Origin: an uncultured Planctomycetia bacterium
Lineage (GTDB): Bacteria; Omnitrophota; Gorgyraeia; 1-14-0-20-64-10
Reading direction: 5' to 3'
Assembly (NCBI GenBank): GCA_964372395.1
Contig: CAYJQV010000004.1
Span: 2,984-66,983, forward strand
Length of the DNA stretch: 64,000 nt
Part shown: one piece after another, positions 1 through 8,860 of the stretch
Numbering within the stretch: the stretch's first letter is position 1
Layout of the letters: each line of letters opens with the position of its first letter
Notes under the pieces: model-generated
What the model saw: only the letters and a program-made list of their open reading frames with translations
What the model was told of the DNA's origin: nothing
Databases searched by the model: none
Position numbers and translations under genes: made by a program

Positions 1-2
1 TG

Positions 3-401
3 ATCGTTCCCCTCACCAGGGAGATCGGGCCCGGCTGGGCCCGCGGGAAGTTCCACTGGTGGCCGGAGGGCAATTTCGCCGCGTTCATTCACCCGTGGCA
101 CCGGCCGCTGTTTGGGGTGACGCCGATCCAGTTCCAATGGGAGTGGGCCACGCCGCGCCGCTGGAAGCCGTACCTCTTCGCGGGCGCGGGGGTCCTCTAC
201 GCCAATGTGAATCGCCGGGAGACGCGCAAGGAGCTCAACTTCAACCTGCAGGGCGGGATCGGCGCCTATTTCGACTTCGGCAAGGACACCTCCCTCATTG
301 TCGAGTACCGGCATATTCACCTCTCCAACGCGGGGCTCCACGAGGACAACGCGGGGATGAACACCAACAACTTTCTCGTCGGGGTCTCCGTCCGGAAGTA
401 G
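3..401 (+). CDS. PagL-like lipid A deacylase / acyloxyacyl hydrolase outer-membrane beta-barrel protein (C-terminal part; 5' end lies upstream of window)
   Basis: Frame-3 ORF open from the window start to a stop at 399-401. C-terminus ...EYRHIHLSNAG... resembles the His/Ser active-site region of PagL-family deacylases, and the alternating hydrophobic pattern fits a beta-barrel. Confidence 0.5.
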   Translation: MVPLTREIGPGWARGKFHWWPEGNFAAFIHPWHRPLFGVTPIQFQWEWATPRRWKPYLFAGAGVLYANVNRRETRKELNFNLQGGIGAYFDFGKDTSLIVEYRHIHLSNAGLHEDNAGMNTNNFLVGVSVRK

Positions 402-419
402 GGCGTACACCTCATCGCG

Positions 420-1445
420 ATGAAAACGGCGGTCAAGATCTCCCCAGGCAAGCTGAAAGGAATCCGGGCCGTGGCCGATCCGCGCGGGGTGATCCGGGCG
501 GCGGCGATGGACCAGAGGGGGTCCCTGCGCAAGTCGCTGGCCAAGGAGCGGGGCGTCCCGCCGGAGGAGATCACCGACCGGGAGATGGCGGAGTTCAAGA
601 CGCTGGTGAGCCGCGTGCTCACCGAGCATGCCAGCGCCATCCTCCTGGATCCGGAGTACGGGCTGGAGGCGGCGCGGGCGCGCCGGAAGGGGAGCGGCCT
701 TCTGCTCGCCTACGAGCAGACCGGCTACGACCAGACGATGGAGGGAAGGGTCCCCAGTCTCATCCCGTACTGGACGGTGAAGAAGACGATCGAGGCCGGC
801 GGGGACTGCGTGAAACTCCTCCTGTACTACAGCCCCGATGAGAAGCCGCAGGTGAACGAGGTCAAGAAGGCCTTCGTGACCCGGATCGGCGCCGAGTGCG
901 CCCACTACGACATCCCCTTCTTCCTGGAGTTTGTCGGGTACGACCCCAAGGGCGGGGACGGGAAGGGGCCGGAGTTCGCCAAGGAGAAGCCCCGCATCGT
1001 CACGGAGAGCATGCGGGAGTTTTCCAGACCGGAGTACGGGGTGGATGTGCTGAAGGTGGAGATCCCGGTGAACACGCAGTTCGTCGAGGGGACGAGGATG
1101 TTCAGGAACCAAGGGGTGGCGCAGACCCGCCCGCAGGCGCTGGAGGCGTACCGGCAGGCGGCCTCGGCGGCGCGGCTTCCCTTCATCTACTTAAGCGCGG
1201 GGGTGAGCGACGAGCAGTTCCGGGAATCGCTGGAGCTCGCCGGCGAGGCAGGGGTCTCTTTCGCAGGGGTGCTGTGCGGCCGGGCCACCTGGAAGGAGGG
1301 CATCCCGGTCTACGCCAAATCCGGGGCGGCGGCGTTCGAGGCGTGGCTCAATACCCAAGGGGTCAAGAACATCCAGGCGCTCAACGAGGTCCTGGACAGG
1401 AACGCCAGCCCCTGGCACGCGAAGTATGGAGAAGATTTTTCTTGA
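420..1445 (+). CDS. class I aldolase, tagatose-1,6-bisphosphate aldolase (LacD)-like
   Basis: 341-aa ORF. The AMDQRGSLRK motif and overall length match the LacD/DUF2090 aldolase family. RBS-like sequence upstream. Confidence 0.6.
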   Translation: MKTAVKISPGKLKGIRAVADPRGVIRAAAMDQRGSLRKSLAKERGVPPEEITDREMAEFKTLVSRVLTEHASAILLDPEYGLEAARARRKGSGLLLAYEQTGYDQTMEGRVPSLIPYWTVKKTIEAGGDCVKLLLYYSPDEKPQVNEVKKAFVTRIGAECAHYDIPFFLEFVGYDPKGGDGKGPEFAKEKPRIVTESMREFSRPEYGVDVLKVEIPVNTQFVEGTRMFRNQGVAQTRPQALEAYRQAASAARLPFIYLSAGVSDEQFRESLELAGEAGVSFAGVLCGRATWKEGIPVYAKSGAAAFEAWLNTQGVKNIQALNEVLDRNASPWHAKYGEDFS

Positions 1446-1541
1446 TTTCGAGGCGGGGCCCCTCTAGAATGGCGCACGCGCTCGATGGGAGCGCAAACGT
1501 TTGTGTCACATCGGCAAAACAGAAAGGCAGAGCACGTTCGA

Positions 1542-1757
1542 ATGGCAAAAGGAACAGTGAAGTGGTTCAGTGATCAGAAGGGGTACGGATTCATCACCCC
1601 CGAGAACGGGAAGGATGTCTTCGTGCACTACTCCGCGATTCAAGGGGAGGGTTTCAAGACCCTCCGGGAGGGTGAATCGGTGGAGTTCGACATCACCACC
1701 GGCCCCAAGGGCGAGCAGGCCTCCAACGTGAGGCGGCTTTCCCAGAGCAACGCGTAA
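1542..1757 (+). CDS. cspA: cold-shock protein, CspA family
   Basis: [34 protein letters not shown]... is a classic CSD with RNP1/RNP2 motifs. The internal ATG at 1542 was chosen over the upstream ORF-track start. Long 5' UTR as is typical for csp genes. Confidence 0.9.
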   Translation: MAKGTVKWFSDQKGYGFITPENGKDVFVHYSAIQGEGFKTLREGESVEFDITTGPKGEQASNVRRLSQSNA

Positions 1758-1790
1758 GGCTCACACCCTCACCGATTGCTTTTGACTTAA

Positions 1791-1826
1791 GGCCCGGGAG
1801 GTTTTTCTCCCGGGCCTGATTTTTTT
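1791..1826 (+). terminator. Rho-independent terminator after cspA
   Basis: GGCCCGGGAG-gtttttct-CCCGGGCC hairpin followed by TGATTTTTTTCTGG U-tract. Confidence 0.8.
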
Positions 1827-1840
1827 CTGGCGGGGGAGGC

Positions 1841-2260
1841 ATGGTGAACCCCTTCGGCGTGAGCGAGGCTAAAGCGTGGGATCTGGCCGAGCGACTGCAC
1901 CGGCTCGGCGTGCGGGAGGAGGATCTTCAGGAGACCTTTATCCGCTCGCGGGGACCCGGCGGCCAGAATGTGAACAAGGTCTCCACCTGCGTGGTCCTCA
2001 GGCATCGCCCCAGCGGGATCGAGGTCAGGGTGCAACGGGAACGCTCCCAGGCGCTGAACCGGTTCCTCGCCCGCCGGCTGCTGGCCGACCGGCTGGAGGA
2101 GATGCACTTGGGGCGGCTCTCCGCCGAGCGCCGGAGGATCTACCGGATCCGCCGCCAGAAGCAGAGACGCTCCCGCCGGACGCAGCAGAAGCTGCTCGCC
2201 GCCAAGCGCCTCCACTCCCTCAAGAAACAGAAGCGCCGCCGGCCCTCCCTGGATGAATGA
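1841..2260 (+). CDS. arfB: alternative ribosome-rescue factor ArfB (peptidyl-tRNA hydrolase, RF-1 domain)
   Basis: 139 aa with a GGQ motif (RSRGPGGQNVNKV) and a basic C-terminal tail, as in ArfB/YaeJ. Confidence 0.85.
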   Translation: MVNPFGVSEAKAWDLAERLHRLGVREEDLQETFIRSRGPGGQNVNKVSTCVVLRHRPSGIEVRVQRERSQALNRFLARRLLADRLEEMHLGRLSAERRRIYRIRRQKQRRSRRTQQKLLAAKRLHSLKKQKRRRPSLDE

Positions 2261-2873
2261 ACGCCTCGCAGCCGATCGGACAGTCGCCGCGTACCGGCTG
2301 CAGGCCCGCCGGGCGATCGCCAGCTGGAGCCGGGGCCGGCGGGTCCCTGCCTTCCTGAAGCAGTTTGTATCGAACCTTCCCTCCGGAGCGCGGGTTCTCG
2401 ACTACGGCTGCGGGATCGGGCGCGAGATCCGCTGGATGCAGCGGGGAGGACTGCGCGTGGAGGGGGTGGACGCGACGCTGGAATTCGTGCGGGAGGCCCG
2501 CCGCCGGTGTCCGGGGGTTCCGATCCGGCACGCTCGATTTGAGAGCGTCCCGCTGGAACCGGGCGCGTACGACGGGATCTGGTGCAACGCAGCCCTCACG
2601 CATGTTCCTCCCGAAGAGCTCAGGCGCCAGCTCGCCAAACTGCACCAGGCGCTGCAGCCCGGCGGCGTCCTGGGGCTCACCCTCGCCTGGGGCAGGCGGA
2701 AGGGGTTCACGGAGCGCGATTGGATCCCGGGCAGGTACGTGGCCGGTTATGGTCGCCGTGAAGCCGCCCTGTTCCTGCGGGGGTGGCAGCTTCTGTCGCT
2801 GAAGGTGGTCTCGCGGGACGGCCGGAAGGGACGCTGGATCCAGATTCTGGCTCGTCCGGATTTGATACACTAG
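2253..2873 (+). CDS. class I SAM-dependent methyltransferase
   Basis: VLDYGCGIGRE glycine-rich SAM motif. 8-nt overlap with arfB. Confidence 0.7.
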   Translation: MNERLAADRTVAAYRLQARRAIASWSRGRRVPAFLKQFVSNLPSGARVLDYGCGIGREIRWMQRGGLRVEGVDATLEFVREARRRCPGVPIRHARFESVPLEPGAYDGIWCNAALTHVPPEELRRQLAKLHQALQPGGVLGLTLAWGRRKGFTERDWIPGRYVAGYGRREAALFLRGWQLLSLKVVSRDGRKGRWIQILARPDLIH

Positions 2874-2887
2874 AAGGGAGCCCTCTC

Positions 2888-4819
2888 ATGGAGAAGAACG
2901 GTTTTTCGGATGCAGCGGTGATCTCCTTCGAGAGCCGGCTGATGGAGCCGATGGCGGAGAGCATCCGCCGCAACGGCGGCCGGCCGGTGAGCGCTCCCTC
3001 CCTGCGCGAGGTCCCCCTGGAAGAGAACCTGCAGGCCTTCGCCTTCGGGGAGAAGCTCCTGGCGGGGAAGATCGACATGCTGATCTGCCTGACCGGCGTG
3101 GGGACGCGGACCCTGCTGCAGGCCCTCTCCACCCGGTTTGACCTGGCGAAGGTCCTGGAGGCGCTCGGGCGGATCACGGTGGTGGCGCGCGGCCCCAAGC
3201 CGATCCGGGTCCTGAAGGAGTACGCGATCCCCATCACCCTGACGATCCCGGAGCCGAACACCTGGCGGGAGATTCTGGAAACGCTGGATGAGAGCGCGCG
3301 CGGCATCTCGCTGGGGGGCAAGACGGTGGCGGTTCAGGAGTACGGGATCTCCAACGCGCAGCTCATCGAGGGGTTGAAAGAGCGCGGGGCCAACGTCCTG
3401 CGGGTTCCGGTCTACCGCTGGGACCTGCCGAAGGACACCGGGCCTCTGCTGGCCGGGGTGCGGCAGATGATCGAGGGCCAGGTGCAGGTTGCCGTCTTCA
3501 CCAACGCGGCCCAGGTTCACCATCTGTTCCGGTTTGTCTCCGGCGAGGGATTGGAGAAGCCTCTGCGGGAGGCCCTGAGGCGGGTGGTGATCGCCTCGGT
3601 GGGGCCGATGACGACGGAGGCGCTCCTGGAGGCGGGGTTGTCGGCGGATTTCGAGCCGACGCATCCGAAGATGGGGGTGCTGGTGTCGGAGCTGGCCGAT
3701 CGGGCGGAGCAGCTCGTGCGCGAGAAGAGGGAGGGCCCGGCGCGGCCCTCCTGGCGGACGCGCCCGGCCTCGGCCGGTGCGTCTGGATCGAGGGAAGAGG
3801 CCGCGTTCTTAAGGACGTGCCGGCGGCAGCCGGTTCCCTTCACCCCGATCTGGCTCATGCGGCAGGCGGGAAGGTATCTCAAGGAGTACCGGGCGATCCG
3901 GAACAAGGTTCCGTTCGCCGAGCTGTGCAGGAATCCGCAGCTCGCGGCGGAGGTGACGGTGGTGGCGGCCGGGCGGCTCAAGGCCGACGCTGCGATTATC
4001 TTCTCCGACTTGCTGCTCATCCTGGAGCCGATGGGGTTGGCGCTGGAATACGGGTCGGAGAACGGGCCGGAGGTGGCCGGGAGGGTGGCCAGCGCGCAGG
4101 AGATCGATCGGCTGGCCGAGGTGGAGCCGGCCGAGTCGCTTCCATTTGTTTTCGAGGCGGTGCGGATCGCGCGGAGCGCCCTGAGCCCGCAGGTGCCGCT
4201 CATCGGATTCTCCGGGGCGCCCTTCACACTGGCCTCGTATCTCCTGGAAGGGGGAAGCTCCCGTTCGTTCCTCCGGACGAAGCAGCTCATGCACACCGAC
4301 CCCGGGGCCTGGAAGGCCCTCATGGAGAAGCTGGTGCGGGCTCTGGTGAAGCACCTCAACAAGCAGATCGAGGCCGGCGCCGATGCGGTGCAGATCTTCG
4401 ACAGCTGGGTGGGGTGCCTCGCCCCGGCCGATTACCGGGAGCATGTGCTCGCCCATACCCAGGCGTTGATCCAAGGGGTCAAGCCGGGGGTTCCGGTGAT
4501 CCATTTCGGGACCGGGACGGCGGCGTTCCTGAAGGAAATGCGCCAGGCCGGCGGGGATGTGATCGGTGTGGACTGGAGGGTGGAGCTGGACAAGGCCTGG
4601 GAGGCGGTGGGGCACGATGTCGGGATCCAGGGGAATCTGGATCCGGCGGTCCTGCTCTCTCCACGGGAGGTGATCCGTGAGCATGTGGAGCGGATCCTCG
4701 CCCAGGCGGGTGGCCGGCCGGGGCACATCTTCAACCTCGGGCATGGTGTGCTGCCCAATACCCCGGAGGAGAACGTCCTTTACCTCGTCGAGACGGTGCA
4801 CGAGCTGAGTCGGCGTTGA
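2888..4819 (+). CDS. fused uroporphyrinogen-III synthase (HemD) / uroporphyrinogen decarboxylase (HemE)
   Basis: ATG at 2888 with a GAAGGGA RBS. N-terminal ~270 aa is HemD-like. After a Pro/Ala/Ser-rich linker the sequence ...FTPIWLMRQAGRYLKEY... is the HemE N-terminal signature, and the remainder is HemE. One continuous 643-aa ORF. Confidence 0.8.
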   Translation: MEKNGFSDAAVISFESRLMEPMAESIRRNGGRPVSAPSLREVPLEENLQAFAFGEKLLAGKIDMLICLTGVGTRTLLQALSTRFDLAKVLEALGRITVVARGPKPIRVLKEYAIPITLTIPEPNTWREILETLDESARGISLGGKTVAVQEYGISNAQLIEGLKERGANVLRVPVYRWDLPKDTGPLLAGVRQMIEGQVQVAVFTNAAQVHHLFRFVSGEGLEKPLREALRRVVIASVGPMTTEALLEAGLSADFEPTHPKMGVLVSELADRAEQLVREKREGPARPSWRTRPASAGASGSREEAAFLRTCRRQPVPFTPIWLMRQAGRYLKEYRAIRNKVPFAELCRNPQLAAEVTVVAAGRLKADAAIIFSDLLLILEPMGLALEYGSENGPEVAGRVASAQEIDRLAEVEPAESLPFVFEAVRIARSALSPQVPLIGFSGAPFTLASYLLEGGSSRSFLRTKQLMHTDPGAWKALMEKLVRALVKHLNKQIEAGADAVQIFDSWVGCLAPADYREHVLAHTQALIQGVKPGVPVIHFGTGTAAFLKEMRQAGGDVIGVDWRVELDKAWEAVGHDVGIQGNLDPAVLLSPREVIREHVERILAQAGGRPGHIFNLGHGVLPNTPEENVLYLVETVHELSRR

Positions 4820-5952
4820 AGCGGACTGTCATCATCGGTGGCGGTATCTCCGGGCTGGCGCTGGCACACCGGCTCGCCGAGCTCAGCCGCGGGGCCGCTC
4901 ATCCGGTTACCCTGCTTGAAGCCAGCCCCCGGTTCGGCGGTCTCATCGAAACGCGCCGGCAGGATGGCTTTCTGCTGGAGGGGGGGCCGGATGGGTTTCT
5001 GGCAGAGAAGCCGGGGGCAGCCGAGCTGTGCCAACGGCTTGGGATCGCGGGAGAGCTGGTTCAGACCCGGGCCGATTTTCGTCGGCTGTACGTCCTGCAG
5101 CGGGGGAGTCTCGTCGAGTTCGAACGATGTGAGGAGGAGCTGCGCCAGCAGCTCGCCCGCCGCTTCTACGGGATGGAGGCGGGGAATCCCCGATACGGCC
5201 AGTTCGTGAGCCTTCGGGATGGGCTGGGCAGGCTGGTGGAGCGATTGCTTGAACAGATGCAGGAGGTCCGATTGCTTCCCAACACCCCGGCCTGCGGGCT
5301 GGAACGAACGGCTGCGGGCTGGAAGATCCATCTTCCGGGCGCAGAAACCCTTGAGGCCGAAGCGCTTTGCCTGGCGCTGCCGGCCCCTCAGGCGGCGGGG
5401 CTCACGAGGTCCTTCGCTCCGCAGATCGCCGATCTGCTGGAAGAGATCCGTTACATGCCGGTGGCCACCGTGAATCTGGGTTTCCGGAAAGAGGATCTGC
5501 CCGCGCTGCCCAGGGGATTCGGCTATGTGGTCCCGGCGGATGCCGTCGAGACGGTGCTGGGCTGCACATTCTCCGACTTCAAATTCCCGGGGCGCGCCCC
5601 CGAAGGGGGAGCCCTTCTTCGGATCTTTGCAGGGGGATCGGTCCGGCCTGAGGCGGTGACGCAGCCGGATGGAACGCTGGTGGAAGGGATCCGGTCGGAG
5701 CTCAGGCGGCACCTGGGGCTCCTCGCCAGACCGCGGCTGGTCTGGATCCGCCGATATCCCAACGCCGTGCCGGAGCATGCCCCAGGAAACTCGGGGGGCG
5801 TGGAAGCCCTGGAGAAAGAAACCGAACGCTGGCCCGGCCTTTACCTGACCGGCTGCCGGGGCGTGGGCCTCCCTGACCGCATCCGCCAGGCGGTGCTCAC
5901 CGCGGAACAGATCTCCGACTGGGCTGCCCATCCCCAGGCGCACTCAAAGTAG
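4816..5952 (+). CDS. hemY: protoporphyrinogen/coproporphyrinogen III oxidase (HemY/CgoX family, FAD-dependent)
   Basis: TTG start overlapping the hemDE stop. N-terminal VIIGGGISGLALAHRL FAD-binding fold. Position between hemE and hemH. Confidence 0.8.
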   Translation: MKRTVIIGGGISGLALAHRLAELSRGAAHPVTLLEASPRFGGLIETRRQDGFLLEGGPDGFLAEKPGAAELCQRLGIAGELVQTRADFRRLYVLQRGSLVEFERCEEELRQQLARRFYGMEAGNPRYGQFVSLRDGLGRLVERLLEQMQEVRLLPNTPACGLERTAAGWKIHLPGAETLEAEALCLALPAPQAAGLTRSFAPQIADLLEEIRYMPVATVNLGFRKEDLPALPRGFGYVVPADAVETVLGCTFSDFKFPGRAPEGGALLRIFAGGSVRPEAVTQPDGTLVEGIRSELRRHLGLLARPRLVWIRRYPNAVPEHAPGNSGGVEALEKETERWPGLYLTGCRGVGLPDRIRQAVLTAEQISDWAAHPQAHSK

Positions 5953-5956
5953 TCAT

Positions 5957-5971
5957 TTGTAATCTCTTGTA
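5957..5971 (+). promoter_or_regulatory. putative RelB operator: direct repeats TTGTA-N5-TTGTA
   Basis: AT-rich patch (tcaTTTGTAatctcTTGTAgtctatgg) just upstream of relB in an otherwise GC-rich region. The repeats are spaced one helical turn apart. Confidence 0.35.
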
Positions 5972-6006
5972 GTCTATGGTCTGCCTGCAGGGCGGAGGTG
6001 GATCGC

Positions 6007-6225
6007 ATGGTAAAGCCGCTCACGGTAAGACTGTCGGAAGAGGTCATGATGGCTCTGGATCGAGTCGCAGACGAGGTGGATCGCCCCCGATCCTACCTCA
6101 TCCGCAGGGCCGTGGAGGCTTATCTGGACGAATACGCGGAGTATCAGATTGCGCTGGAGCGCCTCCGGGACAAGGACGACAGGGTGATCTCCGGAAAAGA
6201 GCTGCGCAGGCGCCTTGGCCTTTAA
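6007..6225 (+). CDS. relB: type II antitoxin, RelB/DinJ family (ribbon-helix-helix)
   Basis: MVKPLTVRLSEEVMMALDRVADE... RHH fold. An acidic C-terminus overlaps the toxin gene. Confidence 0.8.
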   Translation: MVKPLTVRLSEEVMMALDRVADEVDRPRSYLIRRAVEAYLDEYAEYQIALERLRDKDDRVISGKELRRRLGL

Positions 6226-6466
6226 GGTCCACTACAAGTCTTCGGTCGAGCATGATCTCAGGAAGCTCGGACGGCCCACCGCCAAGCGACTGCTTTCCAA
6301 ACTGGAGAGGGTTCTGTCCGTGAACCCCCGCGCGGGAGAGCCGTTGCGCGGAGAATTCCAGGGATTATTCGGGGTTCGGATCGGGGAGCACCGCGTCATC
6401 TATTCGAAGATGCCGGAGGGGGTTCTTGCCCTCCGGATCGGCCACCGGCGGGAGGTATACCGATAG
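6215..6466 (+). CDS. relE: type II toxin, RelE/ParE family
   Basis: 83 aa, TTG start, 11-nt overlap with relB. The ...RIGEHRVIY... core resembles RelE/ParE. Confidence 0.75.
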   Translation: MAFKVHYKSSVEHDLRKLGRPTAKRLLSKLERVLSVNPRAGEPLRGEFQGLFGVRIGEHRVIYSKMPEGVLALRIGHRREVYR

Positions 6467-6481
6467 AGGCATGGTGCGCGG

Positions 6482-7417
6482 ATGAGGTTTGATCACGTCC
6501 TGCTGATCGGATTCGGGGGACCGACCCGGCCGGAGGAGGTCCGGCCTTTTCTGGAACGGGTGACCGGCGGCACCCGGGTCCCGGAGGCGCGCCTCCAGGA
6601 GGTGGCGCGGCATTACGAGGTGACCGGCGGTGTCTCTGCCTACAACCCGCTCGCCAGGAAGCTCTCGGAAAGGCTGGAGCAGGATCTGGCCGGCCGCGGC
6701 GCTCCCCTTCCGGTTTTTCTGGGGATGAGGAACTGGCATCCGCTTCTGCCGGATGTCCTGCGGACAATCCAGGGGCGCGGGCTCCGGCAAGGGATCGGGG
6801 TCATCCTGGCTCCCCACCGGTCCGAGGCGAGCTTCGACCGGTATATCGCAAGTCTCGAGGAGGCCCTCCTGGCAACATCGGCGGGGCTCTTCTACGAGTC
6901 CCTCGGCCCGTGGTACGATCATCCTCTCTTCATCGAGGCGCAGGCCGCCCGGGTTCTGGAGATGCAGGAAAGGCAGGGAGGGGCTGCGGCGGCCAGCACG
7001 CACCTGCTCTTCACCGCGCACTCCATTCCCCTGGAGATGGCGCACCGGTGCCGGTACGAGGAGGAGGTGGGCACCTCCAGCCGGAGGATCGCCGAGCGGC
7101 TGGGGGTGGACGACTGGTCTGTCGCGTACCAGTCCCGCAGCGGCCCGCCCGGACAGCGATGGCTGGAGCCGGATCTGCTCGCCGCTGCGCGGGGGCTGGC
7201 CCGCCGGGGGATCCAGGCCCTGGTGGCGGTGCCGGTCGGGTTTCTCTTCGATCACACGGAGGTGCTTTACGATCTGGACGTGGAGCTCCGGGCGGCCGCG
7301 GAGCAGGCGGGCCTGCGTTACTCACGGGCTTCCACCGTGATGGACCATCCGAGCTTTGTGGAGATGCTTTCGCAGCTCATTCGGACACAGGCGGGCCGCA
7401 ACGGAGGCGGAAGATGA
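6482..7417 (+). CDS. hemH: ferrochelatase
   Basis: 311 aa. MRFDHVLLIGFGGP... N-terminus and a ...AHSIPLEMA... His-region typical of ferrochelatase. Confidence 0.9.
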   Translation: MRFDHVLLIGFGGPTRPEEVRPFLERVTGGTRVPEARLQEVARHYEVTGGVSAYNPLARKLSERLEQDLAGRGAPLPVFLGMRNWHPLLPDVLRTIQGRGLRQGIGVILAPHRSEASFDRYIASLEEALLATSAGLFYESLGPWYDHPLFIEAQAARVLEMQERQGGAAAASTHLLFTAHSIPLEMAHRCRYEEEVGTSSRRIAERLGVDDWSVAYQSRSGPPGQRWLEPDLLAAARGLARRGIQALVAVPVGFLFDHTEVLYDLDVELRAAAEQAGLRYSRASTVMDHPSFVEMLSQLIRTQAGRNGGGR

Positions 7418-8328
7418 CGAGGACTGCCGAAACGGTTCTGGAGACGAATCTGCCGGGGATCCGGCGCTTCAAGAAGGGGAAGGTGCGGGACGTGTACGAC
7501 CTGGGAGAGGAGCTGCTCATCGTCGCCACGGACCGGATCTCCGCCTTCGACGTCGTGATCCCGACCGGGATCCCGTTCAAGGGGGCGGTGCTCACCCAGC
7601 TGTCGGCCTTCTGGTTCGAGAGGATGAAGGCCCTGACCCCGTCGCACTTCATCTCGGCCGACATCCGGCAGATCGCCGCGCGGCATCCGGAGCTGGCGCC
7701 CCATGAGCGCCTGCTGGCGGGGCGATCGACGCTGGTCCGGAAAGGCCAGGTGGTCCCCATCGAGTGCGTGGTGCGGGGCTACCTGTCCGGATCCGGCTGG
7801 AAGGATTATCTGAAGAGCGGCGCGGTCTGCGGGGTCGCGCTGCCGGAGGGCCTCCAGGAATCGGAGGAGCTGCCGGAGCCCATCTTCACCCCGGCGACGA
7901 AGGAAGAGCAGGGGCACGATCTCAACATCAGCGAAGAGGAGATGGCCAGCCGGGTGGGGCAGGGGCTCACCGGGAAGCTTAAATCGGTGAGCCTCAAGGT
8001 CTACACCGAGGCACGGGATTACGCCAGGACGCGCGGGATCCTGATCGCCGATACGAAGTTTGAGTTCGCCCTGCGGGATGAGGAGCCCCTGCTGGTGGAC
8101 GAGCTGCTCACGCCGGATTCCTCCCGGTTCTGGCCGAAGGGGGAGTACCAGCCGGGCCGGCCGCAGGCGAGCTTCGACAAGCAGTTTGTGCGGGACTACC
8201 TGGAGGGCATCCGGTGGGATAAGAACCCGCCGGCCCCGGCCCTCCCGGAGGAGATCGTCCGCAAGACGAGCGAGATCTACCTGCTGGCGCTGCAGCAGCT
8301 CACGGGGAGAAATCTGGGGGCACAATGA
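7414..8328 (+). CDS. purC: phosphoribosylaminoimidazole-succinocarboxamide synthase (SAICAR synthetase)
   Basis: ATGA overlap with the hemH stop. Strong PurC similarity throughout (...GKVRDVYDLG...LIADTKFEF...). Confidence 0.9.
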   Translation: MTRTAETVLETNLPGIRRFKKGKVRDVYDLGEELLIVATDRISAFDVVIPTGIPFKGAVLTQLSAFWFERMKALTPSHFISADIRQIAARHPELAPHERLLAGRSTLVRKGQVVPIECVVRGYLSGSGWKDYLKSGAVCGVALPEGLQESEELPEPIFTPATKEEQGHDLNISEEEMASRVGQGLTGKLKSVSLKVYTEARDYARTRGILIADTKFEFALRDEEPLLVDELLTPDSSRFWPKGEYQPGRPQASFDKQFVRDYLEGIRWDKNPPAPALPEEIVRKTSEIYLLALQQLTGRNLGAQ

Positions 8329-8359
8329 CCATTGTGTCCCCAAAATAGGGGGGAGGGCG

Positions 8360-8851
8360 ATGGCCTCTTCAAAGGAATCGGTACGGGTGGGGATCCTCAT
8401 GGGGAGCGAGAGCGACCTCTCCAAGATGGAGAAGGCGGCGGAGGTCCTGAAGCAGTTCGGCGTCCCGCACGAGATGAAGGTGATCTCCGCCCACCGCCTG
8501 CCGGACCGGGTGGCGGAGTACGCCAGCTCGGCAGAGAAGCGGGGGATCCAGGTGCTGATCGCGGGGGCGGGGATGGCCAATCACCTGGCCGGGACCCTGG
8601 CGGCCCGGACCACCCTGCCGGTCATCGGGGTGCCCCTGAGCGGTTCGGCCCTCTCCGGGGTGGATGCCCTCTATTCCACCGTTCAGATGCCCAAGGGGGT
8701 TCCGGTGGCGACGGTGGCGGTGGATCTGGCGGCCAACGCCGCCTTCCTGGCGGTGGAGATTCTGGCGCTCGGCGATGCCAAGCTGGGACGGAAGCTCAAA
8801 GAGTACCGGCAGGCCGAGCGGAAGAGACTGGAGGCGTCCCTCTCCGAATGA
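8360..8851 (+). CDS. purE: N5-carboxyaminoimidazole ribonucleotide mutase
   Basis: MASSKESVRVGILMGSESDL...GAGMANHLAGTLAA... is the canonical PurE. GGGGGAGGG RBS. The upstream part of the listed ORF is a GC-frame artefact. Confidence 0.9.
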   Translation: MASSKESVRVGILMGSESDLSKMEKAAEVLKQFGVPHEMKVISAHRLPDRVAEYASSAEKRGIQVLIAGAGMANHLAGTLAARTTLPVIGVPLSGSALSGVDALYSTVQMPKGVPVATVAVDLAANAAFLAVEILALGDAKLGRKLKEYRQAERKRLEASLSE

Positions 8852-8860
8852 AGCCCGTGG

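Noticed and set aside
59-841. 260-aa plus-strand ORF (MAGGQFRRVH...) and dozens of similar Arg/Gly/Pro-rich ORFs throughout the track
   Set aside because: These are alternative-frame ORFs that stay open because of the high GC content. They overlap well-supported genes in other frames, have no domain similarity, and have low-complexity R/G/P/A composition.
1446-1541. tRNA-like GTTCGAATGG motif upstream of cspA
   Set aside because: It lies in the csp 5' UTR and has no acceptor or anticodon stem context. No tRNA or rRNA genes were recognised anywhere in the window.
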